Part shown: positions 15,001 to 30,000 of the stretch, piece by piece | Layout of the letters: each line of letters starts with the position of its first letter | Numbering within the stretch: the first letter of the stretch is position 1 | Assembly: GCA_040954595.2 (NCBI GenBank) | Contig: CM082586.2 | Span: 10,075,337-10,139,336 of the forward strand | Reading direction: 5' to 3' | DNA from: Balanoglossus misakiensis | Taxonomy: Eukaryota; Animalia; Hemichordata | DNA: 64,000 bases | The notes under the pieces: generated by a model | What the model was told of the DNA's origin: nothing | The model's database searches: none | Seen by the model: the letters and a program-made list of their open reading frames with translations, nothing else | Program-made: the position numbers and the translations under genes

Positions 15001-18000
15001 ATCATAGGTTCGTCGATTTTTGAAAAAAATCATGGGTGAAAATCATCAAAAAATGACAAATTATCGACTTTGCAAAATCTCACAATTTCGTCGATTTTTG
15101 AAAAAAATCATGGGTGAAAATCATCAAAAAATTACAAATTTTCGACTTTGCAAAATCTCAACATTTCGTCGATTTTTTAAAAAAATCATGGGTGAAAATC
15201 ATCAAAAAATGACAAATTTTCGACTTTGCAAAATCTCAAAATTTCGTCAATTTTTGAAAAAAATCATGGGTGAAAATCATCAAAAAATGACAAATTTTCG
15301 ACCTTTCAAAATCTCAAAATTTCGTCAATTTTTGAAAAAAATCATGGGTGAAAATCATCAAAAAATGACAAATTTTCGACTTTGCAAAATCTCAACATTT
15401 CATTGATTTTTGAAAAAAAATCATGGTTGAAAATCATCAAAAAATGACAACTTTTCGTCTTTGCAAAATCTCAAAATTTCGTCCATTTTTGAATAAAAAT
15501 CATGGGTGAAAATCATCAAAAAATGACACATTTTCGACTTTGCAAAATCTAAAAATTTCGTCGATTTTTGAAAAAAATCATGGGTGATAATCATCAAAAA
15601 TGACAAATTATCGACTTTGCAAAATCTCAAAATTTCGTCGATTTTGAAAAAAACCATTGGGGGAAAATCATCAAAAAATGACAAATTATCGACTTTGCAA
15701 AATCTCAAAATTTCGTCCATTTTAAAAAAAAAACATGGGGGAAAATCATCAAAAAATGACAAATTTTCGACTTTGCAAAATCTCAACATTTCATCGATTT
15801 TTGAAAAAAATCATGGGTGAAAATCATCAAAAAATGACAAATTTTCGTCTATGCAAAATCTCAAAATTTCGTCGGTTTTTGAAAAATAATATGGTTGAAA
15901 ATCATCAAAAAATGACAAAATTATCGACTTTGCAAAATCTCACAATTTCGTCGATTTTTGAAAAAAAATCATGGGTGAAAATCATCAAAAAATTACAAAT
16001 TTTCGACTTTGCAAAATCTCAACATTTCGTCGATTTTTGAAAAAAATCATGGGTGAAAATCATCAAAAAATGACAAATTTTCGACTTTGCAAAATCTCAA
16101 AATTTCGTCCATTTTAAAAAAAAAACATGGGGGAAAATCATCAAAAAATGAGAAAATTTTCGACTTTGCAAAATCTCAAAATTTCGTCGATTTTGAAAAC
16201 AAACATTGGGGGAAAATCATCAAAAAATGACAAATTATCGACTTTGCAAAATCTCACAATTTCGTCGATTTTTGAAAAAAATCATGGGTGAAAATCATCA
16301 AAAAATTACAAATTTTCGACTTTGCAAAATCTCAACATTTCGTCGATTTTTGAAAAAAATCATGGGTGAAAATCATCAAAAAATTACAAATTTTCGACTT
16401 TGCAAAATCTCAACATTTCGTCGATTTTTGAAAAAAATCATGGGTGAAAATCATCAAAAAATGACAAATTTTCGACTTTGCAAAATCTCAAAATTTCGTC
16501 AATTTTTGAAAAAATCATGGGTGAAAATCATCAAAAAATGACAAATTTTCGTCTATGCAAAATCTCAAAATTTCGTCGGTTTTTGAAAAATAATATGGTT
16601 GAAAATCATCAAAAAATGACAAAATTATCGACTTTGCAAAATCTCAACATTTCGTCGATTTTTGAAAAAAATCATGGGTGAAAATCATCAAAAAATGACA
16701 AATTTTCGACTTTGCAAAATCTCAAAATTTCGTCGATTTTGAAAAAAATCATAGGTTCGTCGATTTAAAAAAAAAAACATGGGTGAAAATCATCAAAAAA
16801 TGACAAATTTTCGACTTTGCAAAATCTCACAATTTCGTCGATTTTTGAAAAAAATCATGGGAGAAAATCATCAAAAAATGACAAATTTTCGACTTTGCAA
16901 AATCTCAACATTTCGTCGATTTTTGAAAAAAATTATGGGTGAAAATCATCAAAAAATGACAAATTTTCGACTTTGCAAAATCTCAACATTTCGTCGATTT
17001 TTGAAAAAAATCATGGGTGAAAATCATCAAAAAATGACAAATTTTCGACTTTGCAAAATCTCAAAATTTCGTCGATTTTGAAAAAAATCATAGGTTCGTC
17101 GTTTTTTTTAAAAAAAAACATGGGTGAAAATCATGAAAAAATTACAAATTTTCGAATTTGCAAAATCACAAAATTTCGTCGATTTTTGAAAAAAAAAAAC
17201 ATGGGTGAAAATCATCAAAAAATTACAAATTTTCGACTTTGCAAAATCTCAAAATTTCGTAAATTTTTGAAAAAAAGTCATGGGTGAAAATCATCAAAAA
17301 ATTACAAATTTTCGTCTTTGCAAAATCTCAAAATTTCGTCGATTTTTGAAAAAATCAGGGGTAAAAATCATCAAAAAATGACAAATTTTCGTCTTTGCTA
17401 AATCTCAAAATTTCGTCGGTTTTTGAAAAATAATATGGGTGAAAATCATCAAAAAATGACAAATTTTCGACTTTGCAAAATCTCAAAATTTCGTCCATTT
17501 TTGAAAAAAAATCATGGGTAAAAATCATCAAAAAATGACAAATTTTCGTCTTTGCAAAATCTCAAAATTTCTTCCATTTAAAAAAAAAAGCATGGGGGAA
17601 AATCATCAAAAAATGACAAATTTTCGTCTTTGCAAAATCTCAAAATTTCGTCCATTTAAAAAAAAAAACATGGGTGAAAATCATCAAAAAATGACAAATT
17701 TTTGACTTTTCAAAATCTCACAATTTCGTCGATTTTTGAAAAAAATCATGGGTGAAAATCATCAAAAAATGACAAATTATCGACTTTGCAAAATCTCAAA
17801 ATTTCGTCGATTTTGAAAAAAACCATTGGGGGAAAATCATCAAAAAATGACAAATTATCGACTTTGCAAAATCTCAAAATATCGTCCATTTTAAAAAAAA
17901 AACATGGGGGAAAATCATCAAAAAATGACAAATTTTCGACTTTGCAAAATCTCAAAATTTCGTCGATTTTGAAAAAAAACATTGGGGGAAAATCATCAAA

Positions 18001-21000
18001 AAATGACAAATTATCGACTTTGCACAATCTCACAATTTCGTCGATTTTTGAAAAAAATCATGGGTGAAAATCATCAAAAAATTACAAATTTTCGACTTTG
18101 CAAAATCTCAACATTTCGTCGATTTTTGAAAAAAATCATGGGTGAAAATCATCAAAAAATGACAAATTTTCGACTTTGCAAAATCTCACAATTTCGTCGA
18201 TTTTTGAAAAAAATCATGGGTGAAAATCATCAAAAAATTACAAATTTTCGACTTTGCAAAATCTCAACATTTCGTCGATTTTTGAAAAAAATCATGGGTG
18301 AAAATCATCAAAAAATTACAAATTTTCGACTTTGCAAAATCTCAAAATTTCGTCGATTTTTGAAAAAAAATCATGGGTGAAAATCATCAAAAAATTACAA
18401 ATTTTCGACTTTGCAAAATCTCAAAATTTTGTCGATTTTTGAAAAAAAATCATGGGTTCGTTGATTTTTGAAAAAAAACATGGGTGAAAATCATGAAAAA
18501 ATTACAAATTTTCGAATTTGCAAAATCACAAAATTTCGTCGATTTTTGAAAAAAAAAAACATGGGTGAAAATCATCAAAAAATTACAAATTTTCGACTTT
18601 GCAAAATCTCAAAATTTCGTAAATTTTTGAAAAAAAGTCATGGGTGAAAATCATCAAAAAATTACAAATTTTCGTCTTTGCAAAATCTCAAAATTTCGTC
18701 GATTTTTGAAAAAAAAAATCATGGGTAAAAATCATCAAAAAATTACACATTTTCGACTTTGCAAAATCTAAAAATTTTGTCGATTTTTGAAAAAAATCAT
18801 GGGTGAAAATCATCAAAAAATGACAAATTTTCGTCTTTGCAAAATCTCAAAATTTCGTCCATTTTTGAATAAAAATCATGGGTGAAAATCATCAAAAAAT
18901 GACACATTTTCGACTTTGCAAAATCTAAAAATTTCGTCGATTTTTGAAAAAAATCATGGTTAAAAATCATCAAAAAATGACAAAATTTTCGACTTTGTAA
19001 AATCACAAAATTTCGTCGATTTTGAAAAAAATCATAGGTTCGTCGATTTCTAAAAAAAAACATGGGTGAAAATCATCAAAAAATGACAAATTTTCGACTT
19101 TGCAAAATCTCAAAATTTCGTCGATTTTTGAAAAAAATCATGGGTGAAAATCATCAAAAAATGACAAATTTTCGACTTCGCAAAATCTCAAAATTTCGTC
19201 AATTTTTGAAAAAATCAGGGGTAAAAATCATCAAAAAATGACAAATTTTCGTCTTTGCTAAATCTCAATATTTCGTCGGTTTTTGAAAAATAATATGGGT
19301 GAAAATCATCAAAAAATGACAAATTTTCGACTTTGCAAAATCTCACAATTTCGTCGATTTTTGAAAAAAATCATGGGTGAAAATCATCAAAAAATGACAA
19401 ATTATCGACTTTGCAAAATCTCAAAATTTCGTCGATTTTGAAAAAAACCATTGGGGGAAAATCATCAAAAAATGACAAATTATCGACTTTGCAAAATCTC
19501 AAAATTTCGTCCATTTTAAAAAAAAAACATGGGGGAAAATCATCAAAAATGACAAATTTTCGACTTTGCAAAATCTCAAAATTTCGTCGATTTTGAAAAA
19601 AAACATTGGGGGAAAATCATCAAAAAATGACAAATTATCGACTTTGCACAATCTCACAATTTCGTCGATTTTTGAAAAAAATCATGGGTGAAAATCATCA
19701 AAAAATTACAAATTTTCGACTTTGCAAAATCTCAACATTTCGTCGATTTTTGAAAAAAATCATGGGTGAAAATCATCAAAAAATGAAAAATTTTCGACTT
19801 TGCAAAATCTCACAATTTCGTCGATTTTTGAAAAAAATCATGGGTGAAAATCATCAAAAAATTACAAATTTTCGACTTTGCAAAATCTCAACATTTCGTC
19901 GATTTTTGAAAAAAATCATGGGTGAAAATCATCAAAAAATGACAAATTTTCGACTTTGCAAAATCTCAAAATTTCGTCGATTTTGAAAAAAATCATAGGT
20001 TCGTCGATTTAAAAAAAAAACATGGGTGAAAATCATCAAAAAATGACAAATTTTCGACTTTGCAAAATCTCACAATTTCGTCGATTTTTGAAAAAAATCA
20101 TGGGAGAAAATCATCAAAAAATGACAAATTTTCGACTTTGCAAAATCTCAACATTTCGTCGATTTTTGAAAAAAATCATGGGTGAAAATCATCAAAAAAT
20201 GACAAATTTTCGACTTTGCAAAATCTCAAAATTTCGTCCATTTTAAAAAAAAAACATGGGGGAAAATCATCAAAAAATGAGAATATTTTCGACTTTGCAA
20301 AATCTCAAAATTTCGTCGATTTTGAAAAAAATCATAGGTTCGTCGATTTAAAAAAAACATGGGTGAAAATCATCAAAAAATGACAAATTTTCGACTTTGC
20401 AAAATCTCATAATTTCGTCGATTTTTGAAAAAAATCATGGGAGAAAATCATCAAAAAATGACAAATTTTCGACTTTGCAAAATCTCAACATTTCGTCGAT
20501 TTTTGAAAAAAATCATGGGTGAAAATCATCAAAAAATGACAAATTTTCGACTTTGCAAAATCTCAAAATTTCGTCGATTTTTGAAAAAAAATCATGGGTG
20601 TAAATCATCAAAAAATGACAAATTTTCGTCTTTGCAAAATCTCAAAATTTCGTCCATTTTTGAATAAAAATCATGGGTGAAAATCATCAAAAAATGACAC
20701 ATTTTCGACTTTGCAAAATCTAAAAATTTCGTCGATTTTTGAAAAAAATCATGGTTGAAAATCATCAAAAAATGACAAAATTTTCGACTTTGTAAAATCA
20801 CAAAATTTCGTCGATTTTGAAAAAAATCATAGGTTCGTCGATTTCTAAAAAAAAACATTGGTGAAAATCATCAAAAAATGACAAATTTTCGACTTTGCAA
20901 AATCTCAAAATTTCGTCGATTTTTGAAAAAAATCATGGGTGAAAATCATCAAAAAATGACAAATTTTCGACTTCGCAAAATCTCAAAATTTCGTCAATTT

Positions 21001-24000
21001 TTGAAAAAATCAGGGGTAAAAATCATCAAAAAATGACAAATTTTCGTCTTTGCTAAATCTCAAAATTTCGTCGGTTTTTGAAAAATAATATGGGTGAAAA
21101 TCATCAAAAAATGACAAATTATCGACTTTGCACAATCTCACAATTTCGTCGATTTTTGAAAAAAATCATGGGTGAAAATCATCAAAAAATTACAAATTTT
21201 CGACTTTGCAAAATCTCAACATTTCGTCGATTTTTGAAAAAAATCATGGGTGAAAATCATCAAAAAATGACAAATTTTCGACTTTGCAAAATCTCACAAT
21301 TTCGTCGATTTTTGAAAAAAATCATGGGTGAAAATCATCAAAAAATTACAAATTTTCGTTTTTGCAAAATCTCAACATTTCGTCGATTTTTGAAAAAAAT
21401 CATGGGTGAAAATCATCAAAAAATGACAAATTTTCGACTTTGCAAAATCTCAAAATTTCGTCGATTTTGAAAAAAATCATAGGTTCGTCGATTTAAAAAA
21501 AAAACATGGGTGAAAATCATCAAAAAATGACAAATTTTCGACTTTGCAAAATCTCACAATTTCGTCGATTTTTGAAAAAAATCATGGGAGAAAATCATCA
21601 AAAAATGACAAATTTTCGACTTTGCAAAATCTCAAAATTTCGTCCATTTTAAAAAAAAAACATGGGGGAAAATCATCAAAAAATGAGAATATTTTCGACT
21701 TTGCAAAATCTCAAAATTTCGTCGATTTTGAAAAAAATCATAGGTTCGTCGATTTAAAAAAAAAACATGGGTGAAAATCATCAAAAAATGACAAATTTTC
21801 GACTTTGCAAAATCTCACAATTTCGTCGATTTTTGAAAAAAATCATGGGAGAAAATCATCAAAAAATGACAAATTTTCGACTTTGCAAAATCTCAACATT
21901 TCGTCGATTTTTGAAAAAAATCATGGGTGAAAATCATCAAAAAATGACAAATTTTCGACTTTGCAAAATCTCAAAATTTCGTCGATTTTTGAAAAAAAAT
22001 CATGGGTGTAAATCATCAAAAAATGACAAATTTTCGTCTTTGCAAAATCTCAAAATTTCGTCCATTTTTGAATAAAAATCATGGGTGAAAATCATCAAAA
22101 AATGACACATTTTCGACTTTGCAAAATCTAAAAATTTCGTCGATTTTTGAAAAAAATCATGGTTGAAAATCATCAAAAAATGACAAAATTTTCGACTTTG
22201 TAAAATCACAAAATTTCGTCGATTTTGAAAAAAATCATAGGTTCGTCGATTTCTAAAAAAAAACATGGGTGAAAATCATCAAAAAATGACAAATTTTCGA
22301 CTTCGCAAAATCTCAAAATTTCGTCAATTTTTGAAAAAATCAGGGGTAAAAATCATCAAAAAATGACAAATTTTCGTCTTTGCTAAATCTCAAAATTTCG
22401 TCGGTTTTTGAAAAATAATATGGGTGAAAATCATCAAAAAATGACAAATTTTCGACTTTGCAAAATCTCAACATTTCGTCGATTTTTGAAAAAAATCATG
22501 GGTGAAAATCATCAAAAAATGACAAATTTTCGACTTTGCAAAATCTCAAAATTTCGTCCATTTTAAAAAAAAAACATGGGGGAAAATCATCAAAAAATGA
22601 GAAAATTTTCGACTTTGCAAAATCTCAAAATTTCGTCGATTTTGAAAAAAATCATAGGTTCGTCGATTTAAAAAAAAAAACATGGGTGAAAATCATCAAA
22701 AAATGACAAATTTTCGACTTTGCAAAATCTCACAATTTCGTCGATTTTTGAAAAAAATCATGGGAGAAAATCATCAAAAAATGACAAATTTTCGACTTTG
22801 CAAAATCTCAACATTTCGTCGATTTTTGAAAAAAATCATGGGTGAAAATCATCAAAAAATGACAAATTTTCGACTTTGCAAAATCTCACAATTTCGTCGA
22901 TTTGTGAAAAAAATCATGGGTGAAAATCATCAAAAAATTACAAATTTTCGACTTTGCAAAATCTCAACATTTCGTCAATTTTTGAAAAAAATCATGGGTG
23001 AAAATCATCAAAAAATGACAAATTTTCGTCTTTGCAAAATCTCAAAATTTCGTCAGTTTTTGAAAAATAATATGGTTGAAAATCATCAAAAAATGACAAA
23101 ATTATCGACTTTGCAAAATCTCACAATTTCGTCGATTTTTGAAAAAAAATCATGGGTGAAAATCATCAAAAAATGACAAATTTTCGACTTTGCAAAATCT
23201 CAAAATTTCGTCCATTTAAAAAAAAAAACATGGGGGAAAATCATCAAAAAATGAGAATATTTTCGACTTTGCAAAATCTCAAAATTTCGTCGATTTTGAA
23301 AAAAATCATAGGTTCGTCGATTTAAAAAAAAAACATGGGTGAAAATCATCAAAAAATGACAAATTTTCGACTTTGCAAAATCTCACAATTTCGTCGATTT
23401 TTGAAAAAAATCATGGGAGAAAATCATCAAAAAATGACAAATTTTCGACTTTGCAAAATCTCAACATTTCGTCGATTTTTGAAAAAAATCATGGGTGAAA
23501 ATCATCAAAAAATGACAAATTTTCGACTTTGCAAAATCTCAAAATTTCGTCGATTTTTGAAAAAAAATCATGGGTGTAAATCATCAAAAAATGACAAATT
23601 TTCGTCTTTGCAAAATCTCAAAATTTCGTCCATTTTTGAATAAAAATCATGGGTGAAAATCATCAAAAAATGACACATTTTCGACTTTGCAAAATCTAAA
23701 AATTTCGTCGATTTTTGAAAAAAATCATGGTTGAAAATCATCAAAAAATGACAAAATTTTCGACTTTGTAAAATCACAAAATTTCGTCGATTTTGAAAAA
23801 AATCATAGGTTCGTCGATTTCTAAAAAAAAACATTGGTGAAAATCATCAAAAAATGACAAATTTTCGACTTTGCAAAATCTCAAAATTTCGTCGATTTTT
23901 GAAAAAAATCATGGGTGAAAATCATCAAAAAATGACAAATTTTCGACTTCGCAAAATCTCAAAATTTCGTCAATTTTTGAAAAAATCAGGGGTAAAAATC

Positions 24001-27000
24001 ATCAAAAAATGACAAATTTTCGTCTTTGCTAAATCTCAATATTTCGTCGGTTTTTGAAAAATAATATGGGTGAAAATCATCAAAAAATGACAAATTTTCG
24101 ACTTTGCAAAATCTCAACATTTCGTCGATTTTTGAAAAAAATCATGGGTGAAAATCATCAAAAAATGACAAATTTTCGACTTTGCAAAATCTCAAAATTT
24201 CGTCCATTTTAAAAAAAAAACATGGGGGAAAATCATCAAAAAATGAGAAAATTTTCGACTTTGCAAAATCTCAAAATTTCGTCGATTTTGAAAAAAATCA
24301 TAGGTTCGTCGATTTAAAAAAAAAAACATGGGTGAAAATCATCAAAAAATGACAAATTTTCGACTTTGCAAAATCTCACAATTTCGTCGATTTTTGAAAA
24401 AAATCATGGGAGAAAATCATCAAAAAATGACAAATTTTCGACTTTGCAAAATCTCAACATTTCGTCGATTTTTGAAAAAAATCATGGGTGAAAATCATCA
24501 AAAAATGACAAATTTTCGACTTTGCAAAATCTCACAATTTCGTCGATTTGTGAAAAAAATCATGGGTGAAAATCATCAAAAAATTACAAATTTTCGACTT
24601 TGCAAAATCTCAACATTTCGTCAATTTTTGAAAAAATCATGGGTGAAAATCATCAAAAAATGACAAATTTTCGTCTTTGCAAAATCTCAAAATTTCGTCG
24701 GTTTTTGAAAAATAATATGGTTGAAAATCATCAAAAAATGACAAAATTATCGACTTTGCAAAATCTCACAATTTCGTCGATTTTTGAAAAAAAATCATGG
24801 GTGAAAATCATCAAAAAATGACAAATTTTCGACTTTGCAAAATCTCAAAATTTCGTCCATTTTAAAAAAAAAACATGGGGGAAAATCATCAAAAAATGAG
24901 AAAATTTTCGACTTTGCAAAATCTCAACATTTCGTCGATTTTTGAAAAAAATCATGGGTGAAAATCATCAAAAAATTACAAATTTTCGACTTTGCAAAAT
25001 CTCAACATTTCGTCGATTTTTGAAAAAAATCATGGGTGAAAATCATCAAAAAATGACAAATTTTCGACTTTGCAAAATCTCAAAATTTCGTCCATTTTAA
25101 AAAAAAAACATGGGGGAAAATCATCAAAAAATGAGAAAATTTTCGACTTTGCAAAATCTCAACATTTCGTCGATTTTTGAAAAAAATCATGGGTGAAAAT
25201 CATCAAAAAATTACAAATTTTCGACTTTGCAAAATCTCAACATTTCGTCGATTTTTGAAAAAAATCATGGGTGAAAATCATCAAAAAATGACAAATTTTC
25301 GACTTTGCAAAATCTCAAAATTTCGTCAATTTTTGAAAAAATCATGGGTGAAAATCATCAAAAAATGACAAATTTTCGACTTTGCAAAATCTCAAAATTT
25401 CGTCCATTTTAAAAAAAAAACATGGGGGAAAATCATCAAAAAATGAGAATATTTTCGACTTTGCAAAATCTCAAAATTTCGTCGATTTTGAAAAAAATCA
25501 TAGGTTCGTCGATTTAAAAAAAAAACATGGGTGAAAATCATCAAAAAATGACAAATTTTCGACTTTGCAAAATCTAAAAATTTCGTCGATTTTTGAAAAA
25601 AATCATGGTTGAAAATCATCAAAAAATGACAAAATTTTCGACTTTGTAAAATCACAAAATTTCGTCGATTTTGAAAAAAATCATAGGTTCGTCGATTTCT
25701 AAAAAAAAACATTGGTGAAAATCATCAAAAAATGACAAATTTTCGACTTTGCAAAATCTCAAAATTTCGTCGATTTTTGAAAAAAATCATGGGTGAAAAT
25801 CATCAAAAAATGACAAATTTTCGACTTCGCAAAATCTCAAAATTTCGTCAATTTTTGAAAAAATCAGGGGTAAAAATCATCAAAAAATGACAAATTTTCG
25901 TCTTTGCTAAATCTCAAAATTTCGTCGGTTTTTGAAAAATAATATGGGTGAAAATCATCAAAAAATGACAAATTTTCGACTTTGCAAAATCTCAAAATTT
26001 CGTCCATTTTAAAAAAAAAACATGGGTGAAAATCATCAAAAAATGAGAAAATTTTCGACTTTGCAAAATCTCAAAATTTCGTCGATTTTGAAAAAAATCA
26101 TAGGTTCGTCGATTTAAAAAAAAAAACATGGGTGAAAATCATCAAAAAATGACAAATTTTCGACTTTGCAAAATCTCACAATTTCGTCGATTTTTGAAAA
26201 AAATCATGGGAGAAAATCATCAAAAAATGACAAATTTTCGACTTTGCAAAATCTCAACATTTCGTCGATTTTTGAAAAAAATCATGGGTGAAAATCATCA
26301 AAAAATGACAAATTTTCGACTTTGCAAAATCTCACAATTTCGTCGATTTTTGAAAAAAATCATAGGTTCGTCGATTTAAAAAAAAAAACATGGGTGAAAA
26401 TCATCAAAAAATGACAAATTTTCGACTTTGCAAAATCTCACAATTTCGTCGATTTTTGAAAAAAATCATGGGAGAAAATCATCAAAAAATGACAAATTTT
26501 CGACTTTGCAAAATCTCAACATTTCGTCGATTTTTGAAAAAAATCATGGGTGAAAATCATCAAAAAATGACAAATTTTCGACTTTGCAAAATCTCACAAT
26601 TTCGTCGATTTTTGAAAAAAATCATGGGTGAAAATCATCAAAAAATTACAAATTTTCGACTTTGCAAAATCTCAACATTTCGTCAATTTTTGAAAAAATC
26701 ATGGGTGAAAATCATCAAAAAATGACAAATTTTCGTCTTTGCAAAATCTCCAAATCTCGTCGGTTTTTGAAAAATAATATGGTTGAAAATCATCAAAAAA
26801 TGACAAAATTATCGACTTTGCAAAATCTCACAATTTCGTCGATTTTTGAAAAAAAATCATGGGTGAAAATCATCAAAAAATGACAAATTTTCGACTTTGC
26901 AAAATCTCAAAATTTCGTCCATTTTAAAAAAAAAACATGGGGGAAAATCATCAAAAAATGAGAAAATTTTCGACTTTGCAAAATCTCAAAATTTCGTCGA

Positions 27001-30000
27001 TTTTGAAAAAAATCATAGGTTCGTCGATTTAAAAAAAAAAACATGGGTGAAAATCATCAAAAAATGACAAATTTTCGACTTTGCAAAATCTCACAATTTC
27101 GTCGATTTTTGAAAAAAATCATGGGAGAAAATCATCAAAAAATGACAAATTTTCGACTTTGCAAAATCTCAACATTTCGTCGATTTTTGAAAAAAATCAT
27201 GGGTGAAAATCATCAAAAAATGACAAATTTTCGACTTTGCAAAATCTCAAAATTTCGTCGATTTTTGAAAAAAATCATGGGTGTAAATCATCAAAAAATG
27301 ACAAATTTTCGTCTTTGCAAAATCTCAAAATTTCGTCCATTTTTGAATAAAAATCATGGGTGAAAATCATCAAAAAATGACACATTTTCGACTTTGCAAA
27401 ATCTAAAAATTTCGTCGATTTTTGAAAAAAATCATGGTTGAAAATCATCAAAAAATGACAAAATTTTCGACTTTGTAAAATCACAAAATTTCGTCGATTT
27501 TGAAAAAAATCATAGGTTCGTCGATTTCTAAAAAAAAACATGGGTGAAAATCATCAAAAAATGACAAATTTTCGACTTTGCAAAATCTCAAAATTTCGTC
27601 GATTTTTGAAAAAAATCATGGGTGAAAATCATCAAAAAATGACAAATTTTCGACTTCGCAAAATCTCAAAATTTCGTCAATTTTTGAAAAAATCAGGGGT
27701 AAAAATCATCAAAAAATGACAAATTTTCGTCTTTGCTAAATCTCAAAATTTCGTCGGTTTTTGAAAAATAATATGGGTGAAAATCATCAAAAAATGACAA
27801 ATTTTCGACTTTGCAAAATCTCAACATTTCGTCGATTTTTGAAAAAAATCATGGGTGAAAATCATCAAAAAATGACAAATTTTCGACTTTGCAAAATCTC
27901 AAAATTTCGTCCATTTTAAAAAAAAAACATTGGGGAAAATCATCAAAAAATGAGAAAATTTTCGACTTTGCAAAATCTCAAAATTTCGTCGATTTTGAAA
28001 AAAATCATAGGTTCGTCGATTTAAAAAAAAAAACATGGGTGAAAATCATCAAAAAATGACAAATTTTCGACTTTGCAAAATCTCAACATTTCGTCGATTT
28101 TTGAAAAAAATCATGGGTGAAAATCATCAAAAAATGACAAATTATCGACTTTGCAAAATCTCACAATTTCGTCGATTTTTGAAAAAAATCATGGGTGAAA
28201 ATCATCAAAAAATTACAAATTTTCGACTTTGCAAAATCTCAACATTTCGTCGATTTTTTAAAAAAATCATGGGTGAAAATCATCAAAAAATGACAAATTT
28301 TCGACTTTGCAAAATCTCAAAATTTCGTCAATTTTTGAAAAAAATCATGGGTGAAAATCATCAAAAAATGACAAATTTTCGACCTTTCAAAATCTCAAAA
28401 TTTCGTCAATTTTTGAAAAAAATCATGGGTGAAAATCATCAAAAAATGACAAATTTTCGACTTTGCAAAATCTCAACATTTCATCGATTTTTGAAAAAAA
28501 ATCATGGTTGAAAATCATCAAAAAATGACAACTTTTCGTCTTTGCAAAATCTCAAAATTTCGTCCATTTTTGAATAAAAATCATGGGTGAAAATCATCAA
28601 AAAATGACACATTTTTGACTTTGCAAAATCTAAAAATTTCGTCGATTTTTGAAAAAAATCATGGGTGATAATCATCAAAAAATGACAAATTATCGACTTT
28701 GCAAAATCTCAAAATTTCGTCGATTTTGAAAAAAACCATTGGGGGAAAATCATCAAAAAATGACAAATTATCGACTTTGCAAAATCTCAAAATTTCGTCC
28801 ATTTTAAAAAAAAAACATGGGGGAAAATCATCAAAAAATGACAAATTTTCGACTTTGCAAAATCTCAACATTTCATCGATTTTTGAAAAAAATCATGGGT
28901 GAAAATCATCAAAAAATGACAAATTTTCGTCTATGCAAAATCTCAAAATTTCGTCGGTTTTTGAAAAATAATATGGTTGAAAATCATCAAAAAATGACAA
29001 AATTATCGACTTTGCAAAATCTCACAATTTCGTCGATTTTTGAAAAAAAATCATGGGTGAAAATCATCAAAAAATTACAAATTTTCGACTTTGCAAAATC
29101 TCAACATTTCGTCGATTTTTGAAAAAAATCATGGGTGAAAATCATCAAAAAATGACAAATTTTCGACTTTGCAAAATCTCAAAATTTCGTCCATTTTAAA
29201 AAAAAAACATGGGGGAAAATCATCAAAAAATGAGAAAATTTTCGACTTTGCAAAATCTCAAAATTTCGTCGATTTTGAAAAAAAACATTGGGGGAAAATC
29301 ATCAAAAAATGACAAATTATCGACTTTGCAAAATCTCACAATTTCGTCGATTTTTGAAAAAAATCATGGGTGAAAATCATCAAAAAATTACAAATTTTCG
29401 ACTTTGCAAAATCTCAACATTTCGTCGATTTTTGAAAAAAATCATGGGTGAAAATCATCAAAAAATTACAAATTTTCGACTTTGCAAAATCTCAACATTT
29501 CGTCGATTTTTGAAAAAAATCATGGGTGAAAATCATCAAAAAATGACAAATTTTCGACTTTGCAAAATCTCAAAATTTCGTCAATTTTTGAAAAAATCAT
29601 GGGTGAAAATCATCAAAAAATGACAAATTTTCGTCTATGCAAAATCTCAAAATTTCGTCGGTTTTTGAAAAATAATATGGTTGAAAATCATCAAAAAATG
29701 ACAAAATTATCGACTTTGCAAAATCTCAACATTTCGTCGATTTTTGAAAAAAATCATGGGTGAAAATCATCAAAAAATGACAAATTTTCGACTTTGCAAA
29801 ATCTCAAAATTTCGTCGATTTTGAAAAAAATCATAGGTTCGTCGATTTAAAAAAAAAACATGGGTGAAAATCATCAAAAAATGACAAATTTTCGACTTTG
29901 CAAAATCTCACAATTTCGTCGATTTTTGAAAAAAATCATGGGAGAAAATCATCAAAAAATGACAAATTTTCGACTTTGCAAAATCTCAACATTTCGTCGA